DNA of 64,000 bases from Eledone cirrhosa (lineage: Eukaryota). The DNA is taken from positions 283,030,001 to 283,094,000 of the forward strand of contig OZ024742.1 in NCBI GenBank assembly GCA_964016885.1, in the 5' to 3' direction. Below are positions 46,748 to 59,543 of this stretch, piece after piece. Under the pieces are notes generated by a model, which saw only the letters and a program-made list of their open reading frames with translations, ran no database searches and was not told the DNA's origin. Position numbers and translations under genes: made by a program. Positions within the stretch are counted from its first letter, which is position 1; the number at the start of each line of letters is the position of its first letter.

Positions 46748-46853
46748 TACACTGTTCACTTTGCTGACGTTTGTACATTATTCTATGTACTACACCTTTG
46801 ATGAATTGTAGTGCACCTGAGCACTGTACACAATAATTTCATTATTATTATTA
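46748..46853 (+). mobile_element. CR1-like LINE 3' UTR
   Basis: Matches 4046-4149. (ATT)n tail. Confidence 0.75.
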
Positions 46854-47209
46854 TAGCCTTGTGAATAAAATTTGGTAGACAGATTTAGTGTGGAAGCCTG
46901 CCAAGTGTGTGTGTGTCAACATATCTGTATTCAAACTTACTATCTGTTTATATCCCATAACTTAGCTCATAAAAAGAGGTTGATAAAATAAGTGCCAGAT
47001 TTGAAAAAAAAAAAATACTGGGTTTGATTTGATCAATTAAAATTTTCGAGGTGGTGCCCCAGCATGGCCACATCTGATGAACAGGATGAATAGTTTTTGT
47101 ATATGTGTGTGTGTGTGAGTGTATACCTGTCTATGTGTGTATCCCTGCCTCTGTGTGTGTATGTTTGTGTGTCTATATCTGTATGTATATGTATATATCC
47201 CTGCATATA

Positions 47210-47248
<39 letters not shown>

Positions 47249-47291
47249 ATCTCTGTATGTATATCAGTGTGTGTACGTGTGTGTAAATATG

Positions 47292-47404
<113 letters not shown>

Positions 47405-47451
47405 GTGTGCGTCTGTACCTCTGTGTGTATGAAATTGTGTTTCGTCTGCTT

Positions 47452-47900
47452 GTCTCTGTGTGTTTGTGTATCTGTCTGTGTGTTTGTGCATATGTCAGTG
47501 TGTGTATGACTATGTGTGTATGTGTATACATATGTCTCTGTGTTTGTGTATCTGTATGTGTGTTTGTGCATATGTCAGTGTGTGTATGACTATGTGTGTA
47601 TGTTTATACATATGTCTCTGTGTTTGTGTATCTGTATGTGTGTTTGTGCATATGTCAGTGTGTGTATGACTATGTGTGTATGTGTATACATATGTCTCTG
47701 TGTTTGTGTATCTGTCTGTGTGTTTGTGCATATGTCAGTGTGTGTATGACTATGTGTGTATGTGTATACATATGTCTCTGTGTTTGTGTATCTGTCTGTG
47801 TGTTTGTGCATATGTCAGTGTGTGTATGACTATGTGTGTTTGTGCATATGTCAGTGTGTGTATGACTATGTGTGTATGTTTATACATATGTCTCTGTGTA
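47452..47900. repeat. 80-bp TG-rich tandem repeat, 5-6 copies
   Basis: gtgcatatgtcagtgtgtgtatgactatg recurs every 80 bp. Confidence 0.93.
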
Positions 47901-48189
47901 CGGCTTCGTGTGCATGAGAGTGTGTGATTTATTCCAGTAAATTTAACTGTTGTTTTGAACTCAAAGAGTCACTGAAATGGTATTTTTTCTTGTCTTGTTC
48001 CATCTCTGATGATAATTCCAATCTCATAGCTTCCGGAATAATCTGTTTAAAATGTGAGAGGAGATGGAGTGGATGAGGAGGAAAAGAGAAGCTGGCCGTG
48101 GGAGGGGGAGGGGGGTAAGAGTAGTGGTAGTGACAGTGATGTTGTTTGTGGTAATGGTGATGTTGGTGATGATGATGATGATTATGCTA

Positions 48190-48635
48190 ATGGTTGTGAG
48201 GTGAGGTGTTTGTGGTAGTGATTGTGATGGTGGTGTTGGTGGTGATGATTGTGCTGATGGTTGTGAGGTGAGGTGTTTGTGGTAGTGATTGTGATGGTGG
48301 TGTTGGTGGTGATGATTGTGCTGATGGTTGTGAGGTGTTTGTGGTAGTGATTGTGATGGTGGTGTTGGTGGTGATGATTGTGCTGATGGTTGTGAGGTGT
48401 TTGTGGTTGTGATGGTGGTGTTGGTGGTGATGATGGTTGTGAGGTGTTTGTGGTAGTGGTTGTGATGGTGGTGTTGGTGGCGTTGATGGTTGTGAGGTGT
48501 TTGTGGTAGTGATTGTGATGGTGGTGTTGGTGGTGATCATTGTGCTGATGGTTGTGAGGTGTTTGTGGTAGTGATTGTGATGGTGGTGTTGGTGGTGATC
48601 ATTGTGCTGATGGTTGTGAGGTGTTTGTGGAAGTG
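48190..48635. repeat. ~60-bp GT-rich minisatellite
   Basis: gatggttgtgaggtgtttgtggtagtgattgtgatggtggtgttgg recurs about 8 times. Confidence 0.88.
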
Positions 48636-48821
48636 GTGGTGTTGCTGCCATGGTCATTGTGGTGATTGAGTGGGGTGGGGAATAAATGAAAGAAATATCA
48701 CATTTAATTTGAAGATTAAATATGTCTTTCAGTAAAATAACAGCAGGCTGTGAGAGGTGGGCATGTATGTATATGTATGTATATGTGTATACATGCATGT
48801 GCATATATATATATATATGTG

Positions 48822-48866
<45 letters not shown>

Positions 48867-49359
48867 TTGTGTGTGTAAGGGTGTGTATGTATGTATATGT
48901 ATGTATGCTTGTATATATGCTTGTATATGCTACCTGTGTATTGGTGTCTGTGTCTGTATATACATATATATATATATATATTAGGGTGTGTCTGTGTATG
49001 TATTTATGTGTATGAGTGAGTGTGTGTGTGTATATGTATATGTATGTGTGTCTGTAAATGATTAGATGCCATCTTCCTTATGATAGTTATCTCTGAAAGA
49101 CAACTGATATAATAGCTTTGTTATTATTATTATGTTGGAACATTCTTTCTCCTCCTCTCCCTCTCTTCTCTCCTCCCCTCCATCCGTTAGGTTCCTCACC
49201 CTTCCACTCCCATATCCCCCCCCCCCTAGCTTCTGCTGCCCTATCTCCTACCACACCCTTTAGGTGACTTCACTGTGCTGTGTATTTCAGACAGACACAG
49301 AGGGAGAGGTAGAGTTGTAGTGATAGGATGATAGGAGGGGGGGGGTGCATTTGCACCTC

Positions 49360-49398
<39 letters not shown>

Positions 49399-49619
49399 CA
49401 CACACATATACATATACACACGCACACATATACACATGCACACACACACACACGCACACATATACACATGCGCACACACACACACATACACATGTACACA
49501 CACACGTACACGCGTACACATATACACATGCACACACACACACACACACACACATACATATGCACACACACACACACATATACTTTGTCCAACCCATGCA
49601 AGCATGGAAAAGTGGACGT

Positions 49620-50050
49620 AACAACCAACCGGCTTCACAAAGGAATTGATCAACAAGATGCCAGACCTTGTTCCCTTACCAAGTGGAGTGGGAGTGGAGC
49701 TTATCAAAATGGACCAAGGAAACAATGTTTCCATTTCTCTTTCCATTGCTCATACTATCTACCAGTCTCAACTCCTGGCAAAAAAGAGCAATGTGAAATA
49801 AAGAGTCTTGCTCAAGGACATAACACTTCAACCGGTCCAAGAATTGATCTCACAACCTCACAATTGTGAATCCAATTCTCTAACAACTAAGCCATGCCAT
49901 CACATTGTGAAGGCAATGTGTTATCTCCTTGAGCAAGACACTTTATTTCATATTGCTCTTTCTGCTAGGAATTGTGACTGGTAGATAGTATCAGCAATGG
50001 AAAGGCCAATGGGAACATTGTTTCCTTGGTCCAGTTTGAGAAGTTCCACC
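49620..50050. mobile_element. Head-to-head inverted pair of family-2-core SINEs with a different tail
   Basis: Minus copy ~49620-49900 has a tRNA head. Plus copy ~49915-50050 is headless. Arms are complementary over ~130 bp. Confidence 0.75.
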
Positions 50051-50609
50051 TCACTCAGTATATATTATAACTACAGCTGCCAATTGAGTATGACTTAGTA
50101 GTATGTATCATATTTTGCTAAGGTTTTTAGTGGCTAATGCAGTTACAAACAGACACAATCACCCTTTCTTGATCCATCTGTAAAATCCTACACCACACAC
50201 CACATCACACCACACCACCACACTACACCACACCACAGCCTACACCATACACAATAGACCCTGCCACAGCCTACACCACACTACACCCCACACTACATAC
50301 ACCCTACCACACCACAGCCTACACCACACATTTCCACCCCACACCACATATTTCCACCCCACACCACATACACCCGACCACACCACAGCCTACACCACAC
50401 CTCTCTCTAATAGGGGTACATTACATTGTATTGTTTTATTTACATAGAGTGAGATTCTTTCTTTAGATTTCATTCCACTCAACAACTTTTGTTCCTCTTT
50501 AACATTTTGTTTCTCTCAGAAGTTTTCTGCCCTCTGCTTTATCATATATTATCTATTTATATTGTTGTGGTTTTACTTCTGTTTTTGTTTAGTTTTTTCT
50601 TTGTTGTCT

Positions 50610-50923
50610 GGCTTACAATCGTGAGGTTGAGTTCACCTTTCAGACCAGGCTTTGCATTGTGTCCTTGAGCAAGACACTTTATTTCACATTGTCCCAGTTC
50701 GCTCAGCTGTAGAAATGAGTTTCGACATCACTGGTGCCAAGCTGTATCAGCCATTGCCTTTCCCTTGGACAACATCAGTAGCATGGAAAGGGGAGGTTGG
50801 TATGCATGGGCAACTGCTAATCTTCCACAAACAACCTTGCCTGGACTTTTGCCTTGGAGGGGATCTTTCTAGTGGCAAATACCATGAGCATTTGTGACGG
50901 AAGGGGGTTTTTACCCATAACCC
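50610..50923 (+). mobile_element. SINE with family-2 head and core and a third tail type
   Basis: gtccttgagcaagacactttatttcacattg...ctcagctgtagaaatgag, then an unrelated body. Confidence 0.72.
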
Positions 50924-51064
50924 TGTCTCTCAGCTACCCACCTCTCCAAACCTGCCTGCTACACACACACACGCACACACACACAAGCACACACACATTC
51001 TTACATGTACATTCATTCACCACACAGAGTTACATAATTGCTCCTAAGATGATGTTTTGTTTAA

Positions 51065-51272
51065 CCCTTTGGCATTTAAACCGGCTGGATACAGTCAGAA
51101 TTCTCTCACCTCTTTCTGTTCAAACCTGTCGTAATTGGCCATTCATACTTATGTTAAGGTCTTGTTCTCAAAATAAATAACATCAAAATCTCGTAGATTT
51201 GATATTATATGAGATAAAGCCTTAACGATGAAAATATCATAGTAAATATAGAGTAATGTGAATGCTAAAGGG
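51065..51272. mobile_element. piggyBac-like MITE (208 bp)
   Basis: TTAA|CCCTTTGGCATT ... AATGCTAAAGGG|TTAA. A solo end lies at 33116-33146. Confidence 0.78.
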
Positions 51273-51957
51273 TTAATTCACTTTCGGAGCTGTATGGATG
51301 TTTCATTGTTTGTCATATGTGCAGTGTTTGTGTCCATGTGTATATCTATGTGTACATGTCTGTGTTTACATATGTGTGTGTCTGTGTGTATATATGTGTG
51401 TGTTTGTCTGTCTGTTTGTGAGAATGATTTGCATTTCTGTGTCTTATGTGTTGTTGATATTAATGCAGAAAATATTTTTTCCCATTAATTGAATTTCTAT
51501 TTAAACTTTCAAGTATGTGTGTTTGTCTGTGTATGTTTGTTTGTGTGTGTGTCTGTGTGTGTTTGTCTGTGTGTGTTTGTGTGTGTGTGTCCAAAACGTT
51601 AATACTTTTCCAATTACATCTGATCTTAAACTAATATACCACCATTGTATTATATCATTCTCATATGTTGTTTTTCCTTGTTGACTTCCCTTATATATCA
51701 TCATCATCATCATTGTTTAACATCTATTTTCCATGCTAGCATGGGTTAAACAGGTTGTTCCATTTGAAGCAAGTCGGGTCAGGTGACCGTGTTTTTCTCA
51801 TACAGAACTGTTTCTGGCTTGGTTTCTACAGTGTGTGCTGGATGCTTTTTGTCATGACACTTACATGACCACTTTACATGAGTACATGCACACACACACA
51901 CACACACTCACACAGAAATCCAACCATTTCTTTCGGGGAAAACATATATATATATTT

Positions 51958-52572
51958 CTTCTTCTTCTCTCAGTTAGTCGTGAGAGTAGAGACCTCAAAC
52001 ATTCCTTCAAGCGGATCCTTTCAGAAGCAAGGATCACCAATTGAACAGCCAAGCTCATGAATGTTATCCCATAATCTTGCTTTGGGTCTACCCTTAGGTC
52101 TCCTGCTGGTTGGTTTTGCCTGAAAAATCTATCCAGTGATTCTTTCCCCAAGATATTCTAATCACATGCCCATAATATCGGAGCAGTGATCTCTTAATTT
52201 GGAGAAGTAGCGGCTCTATCTGGAGCGACTCTCTGATCTCCAAGTTATGTACTCTATAGAATAATTGTCTCTACTTTAGGCACAAGGCCAGCAATTACCC
52301 AGTGCATTACTGGTACTTTATTTTATCGACCCCGTAAGGATGAAAGGCAAAGTCAACCTCGGCGGGATTTGAACTCAGATCGTAAAGGGACGTAACTATG
52401 CTGGAAAGCATAGAATAATGTTACTCTGAAGACCCTTTTAGAGGAATCCCATTTCAGCTGCTTGTATTTGCGATTTTTGGTCATTACACAAGATTCATGA
52501 CCATAGGTAAGTGTTTGCACGATACCGAATTGAAGATAGCGAGTTTGGTTTTTAATGATAAACTCCTTTCTT
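51958..52572 (-). mobile_element. Rex3/Expander-like RTE LINE 3' fragment, degraded and interrupted by a SINE
   Basis: LSLKTKLAIF...TLTYGHESCVMT...QIQAAEMGFL...IRESLQIEPLLL...YYGHVIR...RPKGRPK. (GAA)n tail. Confidence 0.75.
52261..52410 (-). mobile_element. SINE family 1 with 10-bp TSD
   Basis: atagaataat at 52256-52265 and 52410-52419. Confidence 0.92.
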
Positions 52573-53020
52573 CATACAAACAAAACAGTTCTAGTCGTGT
52601 AGACATCATTTCTATAAGGTGGTCATGCTGGTGACACTATAAAAAGTGCCCAGTCTATCCTGTAAGGTAGTCTTGCTCGTGACACAACAGAAAGCACCCA
52701 GTCCACACTACAATGTGGTTGGCATTAAGAATGGCATTCTACTGTAGAAACGACATAAGCAAGAGATGGTCATCTGAATTGTCTCATGCGTGAAAAATGG
52801 ACGTTAAATGATGATGATGATACAGTGTTTTTCTGTGTATGAAAATAATAACAGAATGTGTTTCCATTTGCTCCTTCTTCACAGCAAGGCTTATAATTAA
52901 AAGGTGTAGTTATATCTACATTAAACTTATCTTAGATTTTCTCATATGGTATGATGTGGGCATAAATATCTCTGATAGATATATATATATTCATTTATAT
53001 ATATATATACACACACACAC

Positions 53021-53089
<69 letters not shown>

Positions 53090-53419
53090 CATTAAAGGAA
53101 ATGTAAAATATGTAGACATTTCAGAAATTCAGTATGTAATAACTGCATAGATACATGTATAGATACTGACACATATGCACATGCACACATGTGACTCAAG
53201 ATACAGATCTACAAATGCAGTAATGCACATACCTGTGCACACACACACACACACACACAAACAGACAGACATGCATATGTATTTACCTATTTGATGTTGT
53301 CTAAATTCCAATGAAAAGGTTTTGTTTCTATGTCAGAAACTGGCTCTCTCTCTATTGGTGAAAATTTATAAAATAATAAAACCAGCACATACATATATAT
53401 ATATGCACACACATATATG

Positions 53420-53450
<31 letters not shown>

Positions 53451-53516
53451 GTCATCATCATCATCATCATTTTACGTCCGCTTCTCCCTGCTTGCATATA
53501 TATGAATATATATGAG

Positions 53517-53547
<31 letters not shown>

Positions 53548-55508
53548 ATATATATATATATATACACACATACACATTTATATAACATTCCAATTTTATA
53601 TAAATTTCATGAACTCATCCAAAAGGTATCTTAACTCTTGTTTGACTCTCTTTCCCATTCCCATTACTATTTCCAAAAAGTTTAGTTCAGGGTGGAATTT
53701 TGTTGCTTTGTGTCTGTAAGTGGGGAGGGGTTATTGATTTATTTGTTCTTCTTTTTCTCTACCCTTTCAATTATCTTATAAAAGAACATATTTTTAAAAA
53801 TCCATTTAAATGTTTTTACAAATGAGAAAAATGTCTTTTCATTTCCTGCTCCCTACTTTAGCTTTTATTTCAGACCCAGTTTTAGTAGTTATAAAGGCAT
53901 GTGCTTTAGCTTTGTCTCCATTCCCATCCCTCCCTCATCCCCTCTCTGAATGGAACCCCTGTCAATCTGTGTGTATGTGTATGTATGTGTGTATATGTGT
54001 GTGTGTGACCATATATCTGGATTTCTCTTTGTCTCTTTATCTTTCACTTGCTCTCCACCTATCTACCTGTCAATCTGTTTATCTATATGTATCTATCCAT
54101 TATTTACCTATCTATCTATTCTGCTGTCTATCTATCTGTCTGTTTATCCATCTATCTATCTGTCTCTCTGTCCATTTATATATATATCTATTTGTTTATC
54201 TGTCTGTCCATCCATTTATCCCTCTATCTGTCCATCAATCTATCTATCTATCTATCTATCTACCTATCTATCTCTTTTGTGTTGTCCCCTTTTCTTGTGC
54301 ACCCTTGTGGCAAATAAAGAAATATGTCTCTCTATCTGTCTATCCATTTCTCTATCATCTTCCCCTCCCCCCCGCTCTCTCTCTCTCTATATATATATAT
54401 ATATTTCTATCTATCTCTGTCCATCCAAGAATCTGTCTGTCACCTAAATTTTTACCCAATTACCAATTCCAGTTCTTAATAACCTTTTACTCATCATCCT
54501 TCACATCCTCTCTTGGAACAATATCCTATCATCTCTTGGAGAGAATTCCATCTCATAACCATTGTGGGTGAGGCGGTGGAGCTCACATTGTCCCACACTC
54601 CTCCTCTTTCTCCTCCTAGCCACCCTTCACCTTACTCCAAAACAATAGAAAGTTCCGGAGAAAGTCATCCCAGACTAATGGTATCTCCACTGTTCCCTCC
54701 TCATCTCTTTCATCTCCTGTTTCAGACATCCTCTCCTTTACCCCTCCACATCTCTCTATGACTGACTATATGTGTCTGTATCTACTATATGTGTGTGTGT
54801 GTACTATATATGTATGTATGTGTGTGTATAAAGCATATATATATGTGTGTGTGTGTGTAGTGTAGTATATATGTATGTGTGTGTATGTAACATATATATG
54901 TGTGTGTGTGTGTGTACTATATATGTACGTGTGTGTGTGTAGCATATATAAATATATGTGTGTGTGTGTGTGCTATATATGTATGTGTATATTTAGTATA
55001 TATATATATGTGTATGTGTGTGTGTGAATGTATGCTGTTAAATAAATTTTTTAACTTGGTGACTAAATACATAAACATTGTTTAATGATGTGTGTATGCA
55101 GTGTGTGTGTGTGTGTATTTGTATGTACCTGTGTATGCGTGTGTGTGGGAGTGTATGTGTGGGAGAGTGTGTGTATGTGTATGCATGATGTGATGTAAAA
55201 CAAATCTTTAAACCTGAGGACTAAATTGAACATTGCTTAACAATATGTCTAGTATTGTTGTTGTTGTTGTTGTTGTCTTCAATAATTTGAAGATTTTCAT
55301 AAAGTTTGTGTTGGGATTGATAAATAAATTTGAAGATTTACGGACAATGAACTCAGGCATTGATATCTTGTGATTTGTGTGTTTATATGTGTGTATATAT
55401 GTGTGTGTGTGTGTGTATTAATGTATATCTACCTATATGTGTGTATGTGTATTAATGTATATGTGTCTATATGTATGTGTATTCATGTATGTGTACCTGT
55501 ATGTGTGT

Positions 55509-57841
55509 ATCATCATCATCATCACCGTTTTACGTCCGTTCTTCCACGCTAGCATGGGTTAGACGGGTTGTCCTGTTGTGGGCAGTGTCTGGTCGGCTGA
55601 CCATGCCTTGCTCATACAGGAACTGATCTGGCTTGATTTCTACAGCTGGATGCCCTTCCTAACACCAACCTCATTTACAGTGAGTGCTGGGTGCTTTTTC
55701 GTGGCGCCTACACGTCCACTTTACAGTGTGGGCTGGGTGCTTTTTTGCCGTGGCACCTCCACGACCACCTTGCGGTGGGGGGGGGGGGGGCATATTGTTT
55801 ATATGCTTCAGCATGTACCCATGGGAGGTCGGGTACCCTGTATTACTGCGTGACGCCAGAAGTCACGGTCGTGTGTCATTGACTTTGAGAGGTGTAGTTG
55901 GGTAAGGTCGGCTTTTATCACCTCATCCCAAGTCATCTTGGGTCTCCCCACTCCGCGGTTTCCATCAACTTCTAGTGCTCTGCACCTTTTTATGCAGCTG
56001 TCATCCTTCATACGCATCACATGTCCATACCAGCGTAACCGCCTCTCCTGCACGCAGCATTTGATTCCTCTTATGCTCAGTCTCTCTCTCAATTCATTTA
56101 TGCTTTGTCGTTCACGTATATTACTGTTACACATCCATCGGAGCATGCAGGCTTCGTTTATCTCTAATCTACGTAAGTCTTCCACCTTCAGCGCCCAGGT
56201 CTCACTACCATGCAACATCGCTGTTCGGATACACGCATCATACAGTCTGCCTTTCATTCTGAGGGAGAAGCCTTTTGCAGCTAGCAGTGGTAGTAGTTCC
56301 CTAAACTTCTTCCATCCCGTTCTTACCCTAGTTATTGTACTTTCTGAGCACCCACCTCCGTTGCTAATTCGGTCACCTAGGTAGCAGAAGCTGTCTACTG
56401 TTTCTACAGGGCCCTCCCAGAGATTGGTGGTACTTGTTTCCTGTGGCTGTTTGCTTGCTGTTTCAGCACAGCTGCTGCATGTGAATCCTACATTCTTAAT
56501 TAAGCTTCCTGAGATCCCGCTACATCTCTTGTGTACCCATTGTTTGCATTTGGGGCAAAGAATGGAGTTCCTACCTACACCTTTCCTACATACTGAGCAA
56601 GGCCATTTCCCTGAGGGGATCTGGGTTCTGTTTTCTCGTCTACTTATAAGGACCTTAGTCTTTGTCATGTTGACTTTGAGGCCCTTTCTCTCTAGTCCCT
56701 GCTTCCAGGTTTGGAATTTATTCTCTAGTTCTACCATAGATTCAGCTATGAGTGCGAGGTCATCAGCATACAGGAGTTCCCATGGGCATCCGGTCTTAAA
56801 CTCCTCCGTTATTGCCTGCAGGACTATGATGAACAGGAGAGGGCTAAGAACAGAGCCCTGGTGGACCCCAACCTGTACGCTAAATTCCTCGCTATACTCA
56901 TTGCCAATCCTAACTTTGCTGACTGCTCCCCTATACATGGCTTGTACCGCTTTCACAAGCCATTCATCTACTCCTAGTTTTCTAAGAGCCCACCAGATTA
57001 CTGCACGTGGAACTCTGTCAAAGGCTTTCTCAAGGTCGACAAATGCCAAGTAGAGTGGCTTACTTTTAGCTAGGTACTTTTCCTGTAATTGCCTCACAAG
57101 GAAGAGCGCATCAGTGGTGCCTTTCCCTGGAACAAACCCAAATTGCATCTCGTCTATATTCACCCGGTCCCTAATCAGCTGTGCTATAACTCTTTCTGTT
57201 ACTTTCATGACCTGGTCCATCAACTTTATACCTCTATAGTTTCCTCTATCTAGTGCATCGCCTTTACCTTTGTAGCAGTTGACAATGATGCTACTGCACC
57301 AATCTTTTGGTATGGCCCCCTCTAGTATTACCTGGTTAACGATACGTGTGGTTATAGTGTGACCTACAGACCCAGATGCCTTCAGCATCTCGGCAGCTAT
57401 ACCCGATGGACCGGTTGCCTTCCCTATCTTCATATCTCTGATTGCCTTACTTACTACGCTGCCGCTGACTTGTACTGCTGGTCCCTCTATAGGGTCTACG
57501 TGGGGTAGGGTCTCTTCTTCCCATGCATTCTCCTCATTTAGTAATCTATCATAATGACTCTTCCATGCATCTTTCTTCTCAGCACTTGTGAGGGCAAGCT
57601 CACCTTTATCATTCCGGATACACTTCTCTCCAATGACATCACAACTATCTCTGACACACTGCCTCGCAATCTTGAATACCTCCTGTTTCTGGTCCTCACG
57701 TTGTAAAACATGCTTGAATTTTCTATCCTCTGCTTCCCTCCTAGCTAAGTATACTTGTCGCCTAGCTTCCCTCTTGGTCTCTATGTAATGTACCCTGCTC
57801 CCCCCGTTCTTCCATTCTTTCCATGCCTGTCTCTTGGCCTT
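55509..57841 (-). mobile_element. RTE-clade LINE, subfamily A, 5'-truncated copy 2
   Basis: Near-identical to 41603-43779 and extends ~160 bp further 5'. Confidence 0.95.
55808..57841 (-). pseudogene. Reverse transcriptase with internal PHD finger (open frame, no endonuclease)
   Basis: Frame open from KAKRQAWKEWKNGG through YADD to the stop at 55808. Confidence 0.93.
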
Positions 57842-58009
57842 GTATATTTACGTATATATGTGCCTATATGTGTGTGTGTGTATTTGTGTATATGTGCGCC
57901 TATATATGTGTGTGTCTGTGTACCCATGCATGCATATATGTTCATATGCCTTGTCCCCTGCCTGTGTATGTATATCCATGTGTTCGTAAGTATATAGGTG
58001 TCAGCATGT

Positions 58010-58180
58010 ATCTGTGTGTCTGAGTGTGTTACTATGTCTGTCTATGTATGTATCTGTCTGTCTGTCTGAGTGTGTTACTATGTCTGTCTATGTATGTGTC
58101 TGTCTGTCTGAGTGTGTTACTATGTCTGTCTATGTATGTATCTGTGTGTCTGAGTGTGTTACTATGTCTGTCTATGTATG
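58010..58180. repeat. 44-48-bp tandem repeat x4
   Basis: gtctgagtgtgttactatgtctgtctatgtatg occurs four times. Confidence 0.9.
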
Positions 58181-58429
58181 GATCTGCCTGTATGTAGTTT
58201 TACTGTTAAATGCTATCACATAGATCTACCAAATTCAAATCGAGTTTTAAACACCATTTGCTGTTCAATATGTCATGAGACAGAAATAGTATTTCAAGTT
58301 AACATTTTTATTATGATATTTCTTATTAAAGATGCTGTCTCCTCATCATCATCATCATCATCATCATCATCACTGTTTTACGTCCGTTCTTCCACACCAG
58401 CATGGGTTAGACGGTGTATATAACTGTCT

Positions 58430-59187
58430 ATAACTTTCAAATCATTTTGAAAATAATTAAGAATTTGGAGGAATTTATTAATATAACTTTCTCATTATTA
58501 AGTTGGTTTGATTGGCAAAATTGGTAGAGTGCCAGACCATATGCTTTGTGGCATAGAGTTACGGTCCTTTACACTCTGAGTTCAAATCCTGCCAAAGTTA
58601 GATTTGCCTTTCATCCTTACTGGATCGATAAATAAAGTACCAGTAATGCACTGAGATCGATTTAAACGACTTACCCCTCCCTTAACAAATGTTCTTATGT
58701 AGAATTATGATGGAAGGTTTTAAGATAAATATTAACACTTTGAAATATACTGTTTTATGTTGTAAAACCAGGGACAGTTTCACGGGATTTGTTATCAAAA
58801 GGGTTACCTATTTTATAATTATATTTCTAATAAAAGACAATTTATAATTTTCAAATCATTTAAAAAATAATGAAGAATATAGAAGGGATTTAGTAATATA
58901 ACAAAACTTTTCATTATTTATCTGGTGTTAGCAAAGGTTCTTACATAAAATTATGGGCAAAGGTGGTGAGAGCTGACTTCAAATTAATGAGACTCACAGA
59001 GGAGATAATGAAGGAATGGGGCAAGTGAAGAGATGCTGTGCTGAGAAGGACCCGTCAAACCCATGTGAGTGTGGAAAAAGGGACATAAAAATGATGATGA
59101 TGATGATGATGATAGACACTTTAAAATAACTAGTTTTATTTTATAGAATCAGAGGTAATTTGATGTAGTTTGGTATCAAAAGGGTAA
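58430..59187. mobile_element. Two tandem diverged piggyBac-like remnants, one with a SINE (~58510-58680) and one with an RTE 3' fragment (~58962-59112)
   Basis: Both end in tatcaaaagggt and share ttcaaatcattt...aaataat...gttctta. Homologous to the reverse complement of 19684-20075. Confidence 0.55.
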
Positions 59188-59294
59188 AAAAATGATAAGT
59201 CTGATTAAAGTAGAAATTATACCTATAGGTGCCCACAATATTTTAAGACAGAACAATCTGCAAGTGTCTATATTCAAATTCTAATCTAAAGTCT

Positions 59295-59465
59295 GTTTTA
59301 AGCCAGAAGGCTCATTAGGTCGGTGCTTATCCCAGTTTCACAGGGTTAATCCCCCAGCTATTTCTGGTACTCATTTTCAGCTGAGTTTACTGGAGCAATG
59401 TGAAATGAAGTATTTTGCTCAAGAACACAACACGCAACCCAGCCCAGGAATCGAACCCACAACAT
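59295..59465 (-). mobile_element. SINE with family-2-like core
   Basis: Minus-strand gggttcgattcc B-box, then ttcttgagcaaaatacttcatttcacattgctccag. Confidence 0.75.
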
Positions 59466-59543
59466 TAGCACCCACTTTGAGAACCTCTGCCTTACATACA
59501 CATATACACACACACACACTTATAAAACAACAACAATCTATAT

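Noticed and set aside
47074-47095. CTGATGA as a hammerhead core
   Set aside because: No stem II/GAAA/NUH arrangement follows, and it lies in a SINE-like tail.
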